DNA from: Promethearchaeota archaeon
GTDB taxonomy: Archaea > Asgardarchaeota > Lokiarchaeia > Sigyniarchaeales > SOKP01
Assembly (NCBI GenBank): GCA_016840165.1
Contig: JAEOSU010000081.1
Span: forward strand, 1-53,751
Direction of reading: 5' to 3'
DNA: 53,751 nucleotides
The first letter of the stretch is position 1. Every line of letters starts with the position of its first letter. Both the position numbers and the translations under genes were made by a program. The notes below the pieces were generated by a model, which saw only the letters and a program-made list of their open reading frames with translations, had not been told where the DNA came from and did no database searches. Below, piece after piece: positions 18,615-27,695 of this stretch.

Positions 18615-21600
18615 ATGGCTGAACTAAGTGAAGAGATGGAAGATTATTTCTCGAAAATACAGAATGAAGTTGATAAATGTTATCAAATAGCTGAGAAAGC
18701 ACGAAAGAAGGGACTCGATCCTGAACAGTTTGTTGAATCACCCCAAGCAAGAGATTTAGCCGGAAGGGTTGAAAAATTGGTAGGCCCTAAAGGCGTTGCT
18801 CAAATAATCCGCAATTTAAAAAGAGAAGGTAAAAGTGATGATGAAATTGCTTTTCAAGTCGTTACTGATATTTTGGATGAAAAAATTGGCAATATTAAAT
18901 CTTTAGATGACCGTGTGGAAAGAGCCATAAGAGTTGGTTTAGCGATTAAAACCATGGGAGTAGTAAGCGCTCCATTAGAAGGAATTTCAAAAATAATAAT
19001 AAAAACTGATCAACAAAATAGAAAGTACTTATCATTGTACTTTGCTGGTCCTATTAGAGCAGCTGGAGGGACTACAGAAGGATTATGTGTATTAATTGCT
19101 GATTATGTGAGGAAGAAGTCAAAGATTCCAAAATATAAGGCAACAGAAGCAGAAATTGGTAGATATCTTGAAGAGGTTAAAATATATGATCGAAGAGTTC
19201 ATTTACAATATCCCTCATCAAATGCAGAGATTAGATTTACTGTTGAGAACCTTCCTGTCGAAATTAATGGAGATTCTACTGAAGATGAAGAAGTATCCGC
19301 ATTTAGAAATCTACCTCGAATTGAAACTAATAAAGTTCGTGGTGGAGCATGCTTAGTTTTAAATGATGGAATAATCTCAAAATCTCCAAAACTTTTAAAA
19401 ATAGCCAAAATGATGAACTTAGATGGCTGGGATTGGCTAGCTGAATTAAAAAGTATTGGACAAAGAGAACAAGAAAATAAAAAGAAAAAAGAACAAGAAA
19501 AGGAGCAAAATAAGAAGATTACTCCGAATTCAAAATACATTTCAGACATTATAGCGGGTAGGCCAGTTTTTAGTCATCCATCTAGAGTTGGTGGCCATCG
19601 AATTCGTTATGGAAGATCAAGAAATACCGGTTTAGCAGCAACAGGTATTCATCCAGCTACAATGGCTATTTTGGATGATTTTATAGCAATAGGCACTCAA
19701 TTGAGAATTGAAAGACCCGGGAAAAGTACAAGTGTCTGCCCTGTAGATTCAATTGAACCACCTTTAGTTAAATTAAAAAATGGAAATGTTATACAAGTTA
19801 AGAATAGAACTAGCGCCAAAAAAAATTTTCCTAACATAAAGGAAATCCTATTCCTTGGAGACATTTTATTTGGTTATGGAGAATTTGCTGAAAATAATCA
19901 CAGATTAATCCCATCTGGCTATGTAGAAGAATGGTGGGTTTTAGATTTGGAGGAAAAAATTAAAAGTCTCAAAATTAAGGAATCTGAACTAATACAATAT
20001 GTAGAACATCCATTTACAAAAATTCCTAATGCTCAACAAGCAATTGATTTATCCCTAAAATATGAAATTCCATTACATCCGAAATATACTTTCTTCTGGG
20101 ATAAATTCGAAATCAAGGAATTGGAAAAATTAAGAAATTCGTTAATCAAATGCTACAATCATTCTGAAAATAAGATTTTACTCTCTAAGGAAAGCGAGGT
20201 TAAATTCCTACTTGAGAAAGCTTTCATTCCCCATAAAATAAAAGATGATAAAATTATATTTAATAAAGAAATTAACTATACGCTTATTCACATATTCAAT
20301 CTTGAAAACCATGTAAAAGAGAAACCTAAAGAGAATTTAACTCCATTTGATTATTTTTATCATTATTCTTTAATCATTATGAAGAGTAAGTATCCTTATT
20401 TTATGGGAACTCGAATGGGGAGACCAGAGAAGTCAGAAAGAAAAAGTATGAAAGGAATTCATACTTTATTTCCTTTAAGTGATAAAGTTGGAAGTTCAAG
20501 ATTAGTTGAAAAAGCTATGGAATTAGGGAAGGTCAAAATTGATGTATGTCGAAAGATTTGTCCTAAATGTAATAGCATATCAATTTTTAATCATTGTCCC
20601 AATTGTGGTTCTCATACTATTTTACAAAAAATCTGTGAAAAATGTAAAAAAAATTACCCTAAAAATGAAGAAAAATGTCCACAATGCGGGGAAAAGCTAA
20701 AATTTTCATCAGAGGCTTTATTTAATTTTAAAACGCATATTAATAAAACACTAGAAAAACTAGGAATGACTCTACCAGAAAAATTTAAAGGAATCATTGG
20801 ATTGACCAATCAATTTAAAATACCAGAGCCAATTGAGAAAGGACTTTTAAGAGCGAAAAATGGACTATTAGTCTATAAAACAGCAGAAATTAGATATGAT
20901 GCAACGGATATTCCATTGACCCATTTTAAACCGAAGGAAATAAAAACGCAGATCGATACATTAAGGCATCTAGGGTATATAAAGGATTATAAAGGTAATG
21001 ATCTAAAAGACGAGGAACAGATATGTGAACTAAAAGTTCAGGATGTTATACTTTCTGATGATTGTGCTGAATATTTCAAGAAGATTGCAAATTTTATCGA
21101 TGATGAACTGGAAAAAATATATAAAATGGAACGATTTTATAATATTTCTAAAAGGCAAGATCTCATTGGACAGTTGGTTGTAGGTTTAGCTCCTCATACT
21201 AGTGCGGGGATCATTGGTAGGATTATTGGCTTCTCTCCGGTAAGATCAATCTACGCTCACCCTTTTTGGCACGCTGCGAAACGACGCAACTGCGATGGAG
21301 ACGAAGATGGTATCATGATGCTTTTGGATCCTCTTTTGAATTTTTCAAGATACTATTTACCGAGTAAAATCGGTGGTAGAATGGATGCCACATTAGTAAT
21401 TTCTACAAAATTAGAACCTAATGAAATTGATACTGAGGCTCATAATATTGATACACTTTACAAATATCCAAAAGAATTCTATGAAGCAACGCAGAAATAT
21501 AGTAATCCATCGAAAATTGAGAGTTTTATGAATTTAGTTGATAAGCATCTAAAAGAAGGAAAGAAATATGAGGATATTGGATTTAATATTCCTACTTCCG

Positions 21601-22049
21601 ATATTAATGAAGGGCCCATAACCACTTCATATAAAACTTATGAAAATATGGATGATAAAATCGATGCTCAACTGCATCTAGCTAGAATTATCAGAGCAGT
21701 GGACGAGAGGAACGTAGCAGAGAAAATTTTATCTACTCATTTTAATCCTGATATCCTTGGAAACCTTAGAAAATTTGCCATCCAAGAATTTAGATGTGTG
21801 AAATGCAATCAAAAGTACAAACGACCTCCTATTTCAAACGCCGGAAATTGTCCAAAATGTGGTGGAAATATTATTCTAACAGTTAATCGAGGAGGCATAG
21901 AGAAATATATTCCAAGGGCTATAAGTTTATGTAAAAATTTCAATTTAGATGCTTATACCGTTCAACGTATGGAATTGATTGAAGAGTATGTTGAAAGTTT
22001 AACGAATAATCCCAAAATAAAGCAACAAAAATTATCAGATTTTCTTTAG
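18615..22049 (+). CDS. polC: DNA polymerase D large subunit DP2
   Basis: FAGPIRAAGGT, RYGRSRNTG, RMGRPEK, catalytic AAKRRNCDGDED, and zinc fingers; no intein. Confidence 0.98.
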   Translation: MAELSEEMEDYFSKIQNEVDKCYQIAEKARKKGLDPEQFVESPQARDLAGRVEKLVGPKGVAQIIRNLKREGKSDDEIAFQVVTDILDEKIGNIKSLDDRVERAIRVGLAIKTMGVVSAPLEGISKIIIKTDQQNRKYLSLYFAGPIRAAGGTTEGLCVLIADYVRKKSKIPKYKATEAEIGRYLEEVKIYDRRVHLQYPSSNAEIRFTVENLPVEINGDSTEDEEVSAFRNLPRIETNKVRGGACLVLNDGIISKSPKLLKIAKMMNLDGWDWLAELKSIGQREQENKKKKEQEKEQNKKITPNSKYISDIIAGRPVFSHPSRVGGHRIRYGRSRNTGLAATGIHPATMAILDDFIAIGTQLRIERPGKSTSVCPVDSIEPPLVKLKNGNVIQVKNRTSAKKNFPNIKEILFLGDILFGYGEFAENNHRLIPSGYVEEWWVLDLEEKIKSLKIKESELIQYVEHPFTKIPNAQQAIDLSLKYEIPLHPKYTFFWDKFEIKELEKLRNSLIKCYNHSENKILLSKESEVKFLLEKAFIPHKIKDDKIIFNKEINYTLIHIFNLENHVKEKPKENLTPFDYFYHYSLIIMKSKYPYFMGTRMGRPEKSERKSMKGIHTLFPLSDKVGSSRLVEKAMELGKVKIDVCRKICPKCNSISIFNHCPNCGSHTILQKICEKCKKNYPKNEEKCPQCGEKLKFSSEALFNFKTHINKTLEKLGMTLPEKFKGIIGLTNQFKIPEPIEKGLLRAKNGLLVYKTAEIRYDATDIPLTHFKPKEIKTQIDTLRHLGYIKDYKGNDLKDEEQICELKVQDVILSDDCAEYFKKIANFIDDELEKIYKMERFYNISKRQDLIGQLVVGLAPHTSAGIIGRIIGFSPVRSIYAHPFWHAAKRRNCDGDEDGIMMLLDPLLNFSRYYLPSKIGGRMDATLVISTKLEPNEIDTEAHNIDTLYKYPKEFYEATQKYSNPSKIESFMNLVDKHLKEGKKYEDIGFNIPTSDINEGPITTSYKTYENMDDKIDAQLHLARIIRAVDERNVAEKILSTHFNPDILGNLRKFAIQEFRCVKCNQKYKRPPISNAGNCPKCGGNIILTVNRGGIEKYIPRAISLCKNFNLDAYTVQRMELIEEYVESLTNNPKIKQQKLSDFL

Positions 22050-22073
22050 ATAAATGTTATCGATTTAAAATAA

Positions 22074-22158
22074 TGCAGGAGGAGGGATTCGAACCCTCGA
22101 ACTCCTATGAGACTAGAGCCTCGGTCTAGCACCGTTGACCAGGCTTGGCGACTCCTGC
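22074..22158 (-). tRNA. tRNA-Leu(GAG)
   Basis: GCAGGAG/CTCCTGC acceptor stem, anticodon arm CTAGA-CCGAGGC-TCTAG, long variable arm, TTCGAAT T-loop, and discriminator A. Confidence 0.93.
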
Positions 22159-22363
22159 AGGATAATGAAGATTTAAAATCTTAGGAAAAAATATCTGTTT
22201 TATTAATATTTTAGTTTAACCTATTAAGGAACTGAAATCTTAAAAACCTTATTTGTTAGGTATTTAGAAAGTTTTTAATCTAAAAGTATTTTTATCATAG
22301 GAATTTTAATGCATTTATATAGTTAACTTAAAATGTAAAAGAAGAACTGGCGGTTGTGGATAG

Positions 22364-23377
22364 ATGTCTATTGATACGAAAAAGCTACAGGCACTCCTCC
22401 AATGGTATAAACAAAGTGTCGGTGAAAATTTAGTTGCTACTCTTGTAGTAAATCGAGAAGGACTTGTAATAGATGCACTAACTGGCTCTGAAGAAGAGAG
22501 TGTAGATGAGGAGATTATTGGAGGAGTAAGCGCCTTAGTAGAACCAGTTTTAACTAGAATCACAAAAGAATTCAGTTCGGGCTCGTTTGGCACAGGTACG
22601 TTTGATACTGAAGAATATCGTTTTATATTTTGCGAAGCAGGTCCTGAAGCAGTATTTGTAACCATACTTAAAGCAATTGCAGGAGTGGATCCGGTATTTC
22701 CATATGCCTATTTAGCGGCAGAAAAAATCGCTCGCATTTTTGACGGGAGAACTGTTAGTCCTGTTATTCCAAAACTCATTGCTAACGATAACGTCAAGAG
22801 TATTGAAAGAAAAATTGAAAAGTTACAAAAATTAAAAGTAAAATCTGAAGAGTATGCTTTCAAGTTAATATTAGGAGGTGATGGTGCGGTTGGAAAAACC
22901 TCTCTTGTCCATCGATTTGTTGAAAATTCATTTGCAAAAGACTATAAATCAACAATTGGCACTTCAATTATGAAAAAAGAATGTAATTTTAAAGAATTAG
23001 GAAGCAATGTCAGATTTATCATATGGGATTTGGCAGGTCAGAGTCAATTCAAGAGGGTAAGAAAATCCTATTTAGCTAATGCAGAAGCAGGAATTTTAGT
23101 ATATGATGTAACAAATCATCAATCTTATGACAATATAGGAAATTGGCACGATGAAATTATAAACGCATCTCCAAATATCTCACTCATCTTAGTTGGAAAT
23201 AAAATAGATTTAAAAGATGAACGAGATGTTAAATTGCAAGAAGGAAATAAGTTAGCAGAAAAATTAGGCTTATCTTACATTGAAACGTCAGCAAAAACTG
23301 GTGAAAATATCAACGATGCGTTTAAAATGCTCGCATTATTAATGATTAAAAAATATGTTATCACTGAAGAAGTATAA
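22364..23377 (+). CDS. roadblock/LC7 (MglB-like) domain fused to a Rab-like small GTPase
   Basis: N-terminal ATLVVNREGLVI roadblock pattern, then GDGAVGKT, STIG, WDLAGQ, NKID, and ETSAK. Confidence 0.9.
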   Translation: MSIDTKKLQALLQWYKQSVGENLVATLVVNREGLVIDALTGSEEESVDEEIIGGVSALVEPVLTRITKEFSSGSFGTGTFDTEEYRFIFCEAGPEAVFVTILKAIAGVDPVFPYAYLAAEKIARIFDGRTVSPVIPKLIANDNVKSIERKIEKLQKLKVKSEEYAFKLILGGDGAVGKTSLVHRFVENSFAKDYKSTIGTSIMKKECNFKELGSNVRFIIWDLAGQSQFKRVRKSYLANAEAGILVYDVTNHQSYDNIGNWHDEIINASPNISLILVGNKIDLKDERDVKLQEGNKLAEKLGLSYIETSAKTGENINDAFKMLALLMIKKYVITEEV

Positions 23378-23381
23378 ATAG

Positions 23382-23497
23382 AGCCCCTGGGGGGAATTGA
23401 ACCCCCGACCGATTGATATCTCGTTGTTCTTTCAAATATAATTACGAATCAATCGCTTTCGGTGTTTAAAGTAACTATACCACTAAGCCACAGAGGC
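23382..23497 (-). tRNA. tRNA-Thr(CGU) with two BHB introns (D-arm, about 22/23, at 23458-23476; canonical 37/38 at 23418-23442)
   Basis: Acceptor GCCTCTG/CAGGGGC, discriminator T, and T-arm GGGGG-TTCAATT-CCCCC. Removing the 19-nt and 25-nt inserts gives a 72-nt cloverleaf. Confidence 0.88.
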
Positions 23498-23548
23498 AAA
23501 AAGTTGATCTTATTAATATAAATTTTAAAAAATTATAAAATTTTCCCA

Positions 23549-24559
23549 ATGAGTTCTAATAATCAAATCAATAATATTGGAGAGGCTCAATTAATCAAAA
23601 TCATTGAAGATTTAATTTTCAAGGAAACAGGCTATGAATTAACAAGGGATGATGCGTTCTTTTTTGATTCTCAGGAAATGGAAAATTCTATTATTTTCAA
23701 TTCTGATATGTTTATTTCTTCCACCGATGCTCCAATTGAAATGAGCTATTTCCAAATGGGGCGAAAATCAGTGGTTATGAATATAAGTGATTTAGTAGTA
23801 AAAGGAGTAAAACCAAAAGGAATTATTATTTCTCTAGGATTGCCAATGGATTTATATGTATCCGAGTTTGAAGAATTAATAAAAGGTATAGTTAACTATT
23901 CAAAAAGTTGGGATATAAAATATCTTGGTGGAGATTTGAATAGAGCAAAAGAATTAATAATAACTCCTACAGTTTTTGGGTTTAAAAATCCTGAATATAT
24001 AACTCATCGGGAAGGGCTCAAAGCGGGAGATATTCTGCTAATTAATGGTAAATTTGGTTTAACGAGTGTTGGTTTTGATATCCTTCTAAATAGAAAAGGA
24101 GATATAAGCACTTATCCAAACTATAAAAGATCAATTAATAGTGTTTTAGAACCAAATATAATCGGGAATGAAGGTTATTTATTATCAAATAAAAAGTTAG
24201 TAAGTTCTAGTATTGATTCATCTGATGGTTTAATAAAATCATTAAGAGATCTAATGCTATCAAATAAAGGTATGGGTTTTGAAATTGATTTCAATGAAAA
24301 TTTAATTGATCGAGAAGCAATCGAATATGCAAATGAATTTAAGATTTCTTTAGATAAATTAATTTTAAATGGAGGAGAGGAGTTTATTCACTTATTTACG
24401 ATGCCGGTTAAAAATTATGAAAAAGCTGCTGACTTAGCTGAATCTGAAGGTGGCTTCTTGATTAAGGTTGGAAACGTGATCCCTGAAGAAAAAATCTACT
24501 TTTTAAAAGATAATAAAAGAGTAGCAATAGAAGATAACGGTTATGACCATTTTAAGTAA
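23549..24559 (+). CDS. thiL: thiamine-monophosphate kinase
   Basis: GEAQLI, DDA, NISDL, GGDLN, DSSDGL, GGEEF, and GYDHF. Confidence 0.93.
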   Translation: MSSNNQINNIGEAQLIKIIEDLIFKETGYELTRDDAFFFDSQEMENSIIFNSDMFISSTDAPIEMSYFQMGRKSVVMNISDLVVKGVKPKGIIISLGLPMDLYVSEFEELIKGIVNYSKSWDIKYLGGDLNRAKELIITPTVFGFKNPEYITHREGLKAGDILLINGKFGLTSVGFDILLNRKGDISTYPNYKRSINSVLEPNIIGNEGYLLSNKKLVSSSIDSSDGLIKSLRDLMLSNKGMGFEIDFNENLIDREAIEYANEFKISLDKLILNGGEEFIHLFTMPVKNYEKAADLAESEGGFLIKVGNVIPEEKIYFLKDNKRVAIEDNGYDHFK

Positions 24560-24697
24560 ATATTTTTTATAGAAAAATAACCAATAAGAATTTTAAATCT
24601 TAGGGATAATATCTGATATTTCTGGACTGCAATTTATTTAAATATCACAAAAAATTTATGAAACCAAATTATAATTAAAAAAAGAGATGAATGCATA

Positions 24698-25261
24698 TTG
24701 GCACAAGTTTTATTATTATATGGAACAAGATATGGAACAACTAAAGAAATATCAGATGAGATAGAGAAGATCATTCAAGAAAAAGGGTTTGAGACCGAAA
24801 GTTACGATTTAAATGACATTAGTATAAAAGATATACCTCCCTTAGATAAGTATAATGGTGTTATCTTAGGTTCGGGAATTAAAATAAATAGATGGACTAA
24901 AGCTGCCAAAAAATTCCTAAATAAAAGAATTTCGGAATTAAAGACAATGCAAAATACAATGGGGCTGTACGTATGTTGTGGAGAAGCTGCAAAAAAATCA
25001 GATATAAAAGGTGCGATAGAAAAATATATTACAGCAAAGCTTGAGGATACTGCATTAAAGCCTTCTTTAATTGACGCTTTTGGTGGTGCTTACGATTTAA
25101 GGGAAGGATCGGCTATAAAAGGTATGACAAGAAAAATTGTTATAGGGATTATGCAAAAAGAGGAAGGAATTGAGAATCCAGACGGAAAAATGCATGATTT
25201 CAGGGATTGGGGACAAATTAAAGCATTTGCTACTAAATTCATTGAATTATTGAATCAATAA
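24698..25261 (+). CDS. flavodoxin-domain protein (HemG-like)
   Basis: YGTRYGTTKEI FMN loop, AFGG, and DFRDW. Confidence 0.85.
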   Translation: MAQVLLLYGTRYGTTKEISDEIEKIIQEKGFETESYDLNDISIKDIPPLDKYNGVILGSGIKINRWTKAAKKFLNKRISELKTMQNTMGLYVCCGEAAKKSDIKGAIEKYITAKLEDTALKPSLIDAFGGAYDLREGSAIKGMTRKIVIGIMQKEEGIENPDGKMHDFRDWGQIKAFATKFIELLNQ

Positions 25262-25401
25262 CAGAATTATCTGATAACTTAAATCACAAATGGCAAGACT
25301 CACAATAAAAGAAAAACTTTAAGTTAAATTACCCATTTTGAAATTATAGGTTCATTAATTAATCACTCTTGAACTATAAACATGTTTAAGAGCTATTATC
25401 T

Positions 25402-25506
25402 GGGCCATTAGCGCAGGCAGGTAGCGCAGCAGGCTTTTAACCTGAAGGTCGTGGGTTCAATACAAATCTGGGGTTTACCCGGAATGCGAAAATCCCACAT
25501 GGCCCG
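25402..25506 (+). tRNA. tRNA-Lys(UUU) with a 31-nt T-loop intron (about 59/60; 25462-25492)
   Basis: GGGCCAT/ATGGCCC acceptor, GCGC D-stem, CAGG-CTTTTAA-CCTG anticodon arm, and GTGGG-TTCAAT[intron]T-CCCAC T-arm. The mature tRNA is 74 nt. Confidence 0.88.
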
Positions 25507-25619
25507 CTTATTTTAAAGGATATCAACATAAATCAAATAGTAAAAATAATAAATTTTAGGAAATACTATAATGCTAAAATTTGAGTTTATAATTAATTAA
25601 AAGAATATTTCTCAGAGTA

Positions 25620-26642
25620 ATGGAAAAAGATACTGATAAATTACCATCTGATGAACCGGAACAATTATTAGTCAAATCTCAAGAAAATACCGACCCAGAT
25701 TATGGAACAGAACCAAATAAAAGAAGCATTGAATCTCTATTAGAATATGGTGTTATAAATCTTGATAAACCAAGTGGGCCAACTAGTCATGAAGTTGTTT
25801 CATGGATAAGGAAAGTCCTTGATATTCCTTTAGCTGGTCATGGAGGTACACTGGATCCAAAAGTAACCGGAGTTTTACCTTGTGCTTTAGGAAAAGCAAC
25901 AAGAGTTTTATCAGCGTTGCTAACTGCAGGTAAAGAATATGTCGGAATTATGTGTTTGCATTCTCCCGAGAAGAGAAAGAAAATAGAAAAAGCATTTAAA
26001 TTATTTACTGGAAAAATTTATCAAACGCCACCCTTAAAGTCATCTGTTGTTAGAAAATTAAGGATTCGCGAAATTTATTATAATCAGTTACTTGAAGTAG
26101 AAGATAATTATGTTCTATTTCGCGTAGGATGCGAAGCCGGAACATATATACGAAAATTATGTTTTGATATTGGTGAGGTTTTGTGTTCAGGAGCACATAT
26201 GTTAGAATTAAGAAGAACGAGAGTTGGAAATTTTAAAGAAGATACTAGTCTAGTGACTCTTCAGAATATTAAGGATGCATATAGAATATATAAAGAAGAG
26301 GGAGATGAATTATATCTAAGAAAAATTGTAATGCCTATGGAAAACATGGTTTCTCATGTCCCGAAAATATATGTTAGAGATACTGCAGTAGATGCTATAT
26401 GTCATGGTGCAGATTTAGCAGCTGCTGGAGTTTGTTTAATAGATGCTAGAATAAATGCTGGTTCAAATATCGCTCTTATGACTCTAAAAAAAGAACTTAT
26501 TGGTTTTAGCATAGCAAAAATGCACGCGATGAAAATTTATAAAGCTAAATCTGGTATTGTGGCAAATTCGAATAAAGTTTTCATGGAAAGAGGGACTTAT
26601 CCTAGATGGACAGAGATTAAAAGTAAAAATGAAATAGGATAA
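25620..26642 (+). CDS. cbf5: H/ACA pseudouridine synthase Cbf5
   Basis: LDKPSGPTSHEV, GHGGTLDPKVTG, GTYIRKLC, and a PUA domain. Confidence 0.96.
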   Translation: MEKDTDKLPSDEPEQLLVKSQENTDPDYGTEPNKRSIESLLEYGVINLDKPSGPTSHEVVSWIRKVLDIPLAGHGGTLDPKVTGVLPCALGKATRVLSALLTAGKEYVGIMCLHSPEKRKKIEKAFKLFTGKIYQTPPLKSSVVRKLRIREIYYNQLLEVEDNYVLFRVGCEAGTYIRKLCFDIGEVLCSGAHMLELRRTRVGNFKEDTSLVTLQNIKDAYRIYKEEGDELYLRKIVMPMENMVSHVPKIYVRDTAVDAICHGADLAAAGVCLIDARINAGSNIALMTLKKELIGFSIAKMHAMKIYKAKSGIVANSNKVFMERGTYPRWTEIKSKNEIG

Positions 26643-26652
26643 CCTAATAAAT

Positions 26653-27285
26653 ATGGATAAAAAAGAAGATCATTATTTTAATGAATATTCAAACTCCTCA
26701 GTAAAGTTTTATAGCGTTTCTGTTAGCTTAAGAAGGCATCTTTATATTTTCAAGACAGCTTCAGGAATTTTTTCTTATAAGAAATTAGATTTAGGAACAA
26801 AAGTATTAATCGAAAATATGTTTATACCCAAAAGTAAGCAAATTTTACTTGATTTAGGATGTGGTTATGGTGCAATTGGAATTGTATTAGCATATGAATC
26901 TCCTAAAAGTAAGATCTATTTAGCAGATATTAATCGGAGAGCTTTATGGTGTGCTAAACAAAATGTACAATTTAATTTACCTCAAGAAAAAGGGAGAATT
27001 AAAATACTCTTTGGTAAAGATTTTGAACCGTTTAAAAATAAAGGTATACAATTTGATGGAATTTATATGAATCCTCCAGTAAGATTAGGTAGAAAACAAT
27101 TTTTAAAGCTTTTTGAAGATTTACCACATTTTTTAAAAAAAAAAGGTAATTTCCAGTTTGTATTAAGGAAGAAAATGGGTTCGGAATATGTTTATAATTA
27201 TTTGAAAGAGGCTTTTTCTGAGCAACAAATAAAGATAATATGCAAGAGAAGTGGATACTGGGTCTTTAATTACATTCAAGATTAG
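26653..27285 (+). CDS. class I SAM methyltransferase (RsmC/MTS family)
   Basis: GIFS..LDLGT, LDLGCGYG, and NPP. Confidence 0.88.
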   Translation: MDKKEDHYFNEYSNSSVKFYSVSVSLRRHLYIFKTASGIFSYKKLDLGTKVLIENMFIPKSKQILLDLGCGYGAIGIVLAYESPKSKIYLADINRRALWCAKQNVQFNLPQEKGRIKILFGKDFEPFKNKGIQFDGIYMNPPVRLGRKQFLKLFEDLPHFLKKKGNFQFVLRKKMGSEYVYNYLKEAFSEQQIKIICKRSGYWVFNYIQD

Positions 27286-27392
27286 ATTATTTTTAGGAGT
27301 TTAGTGTGTTCTAGGAACTGTAGAAAAAAAGTAAAATTTTTTAGAAATAGAACACTTTTTTAATAATAATTTGCGAGAATAGATGATTTTTT

Positions 27393-27650
27393 TTGGCTAA
27401 AAAAAGAAAGATCGATGTTTTACTCCATGAATTAGTACCTAAACACTATCTTCTAACAAAAGAGCAATCACAGCAAATACTTGAAAAATATAAAATAACA
27501 ACAAATGACTTACCTCAAATGTTTGAAAAAGATCCTGTTGCCATAGCTATTGGAGCAAAAGATGGAGACATTGTGAAGATCGTTCGAAATTCTCATACAA
27601 CGGTAAAATCAGTAGATTATTACCGATATGTTAAGAAAGAAAAAGTTTAA
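27393..27650 (+). CDS. rpoH: RNA polymerase subunit Rpo5 (H)
   Basis: HELVPKH, LPQM..DPVA, GDIVKIVR, and YYRYV. Confidence 0.96.
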   Translation: MAKKRKIDVLLHELVPKHYLLTKEQSQQILEKYKITTNDLPQMFEKDPVAIAIGAKDGDIVKIVRNSHTTVKSVDYYRYVKKEKV

Positions 27651-27695
27651 CGAGTTTTATTAGAATAAATTAATTAATTAAAAGGAAAGAATATT

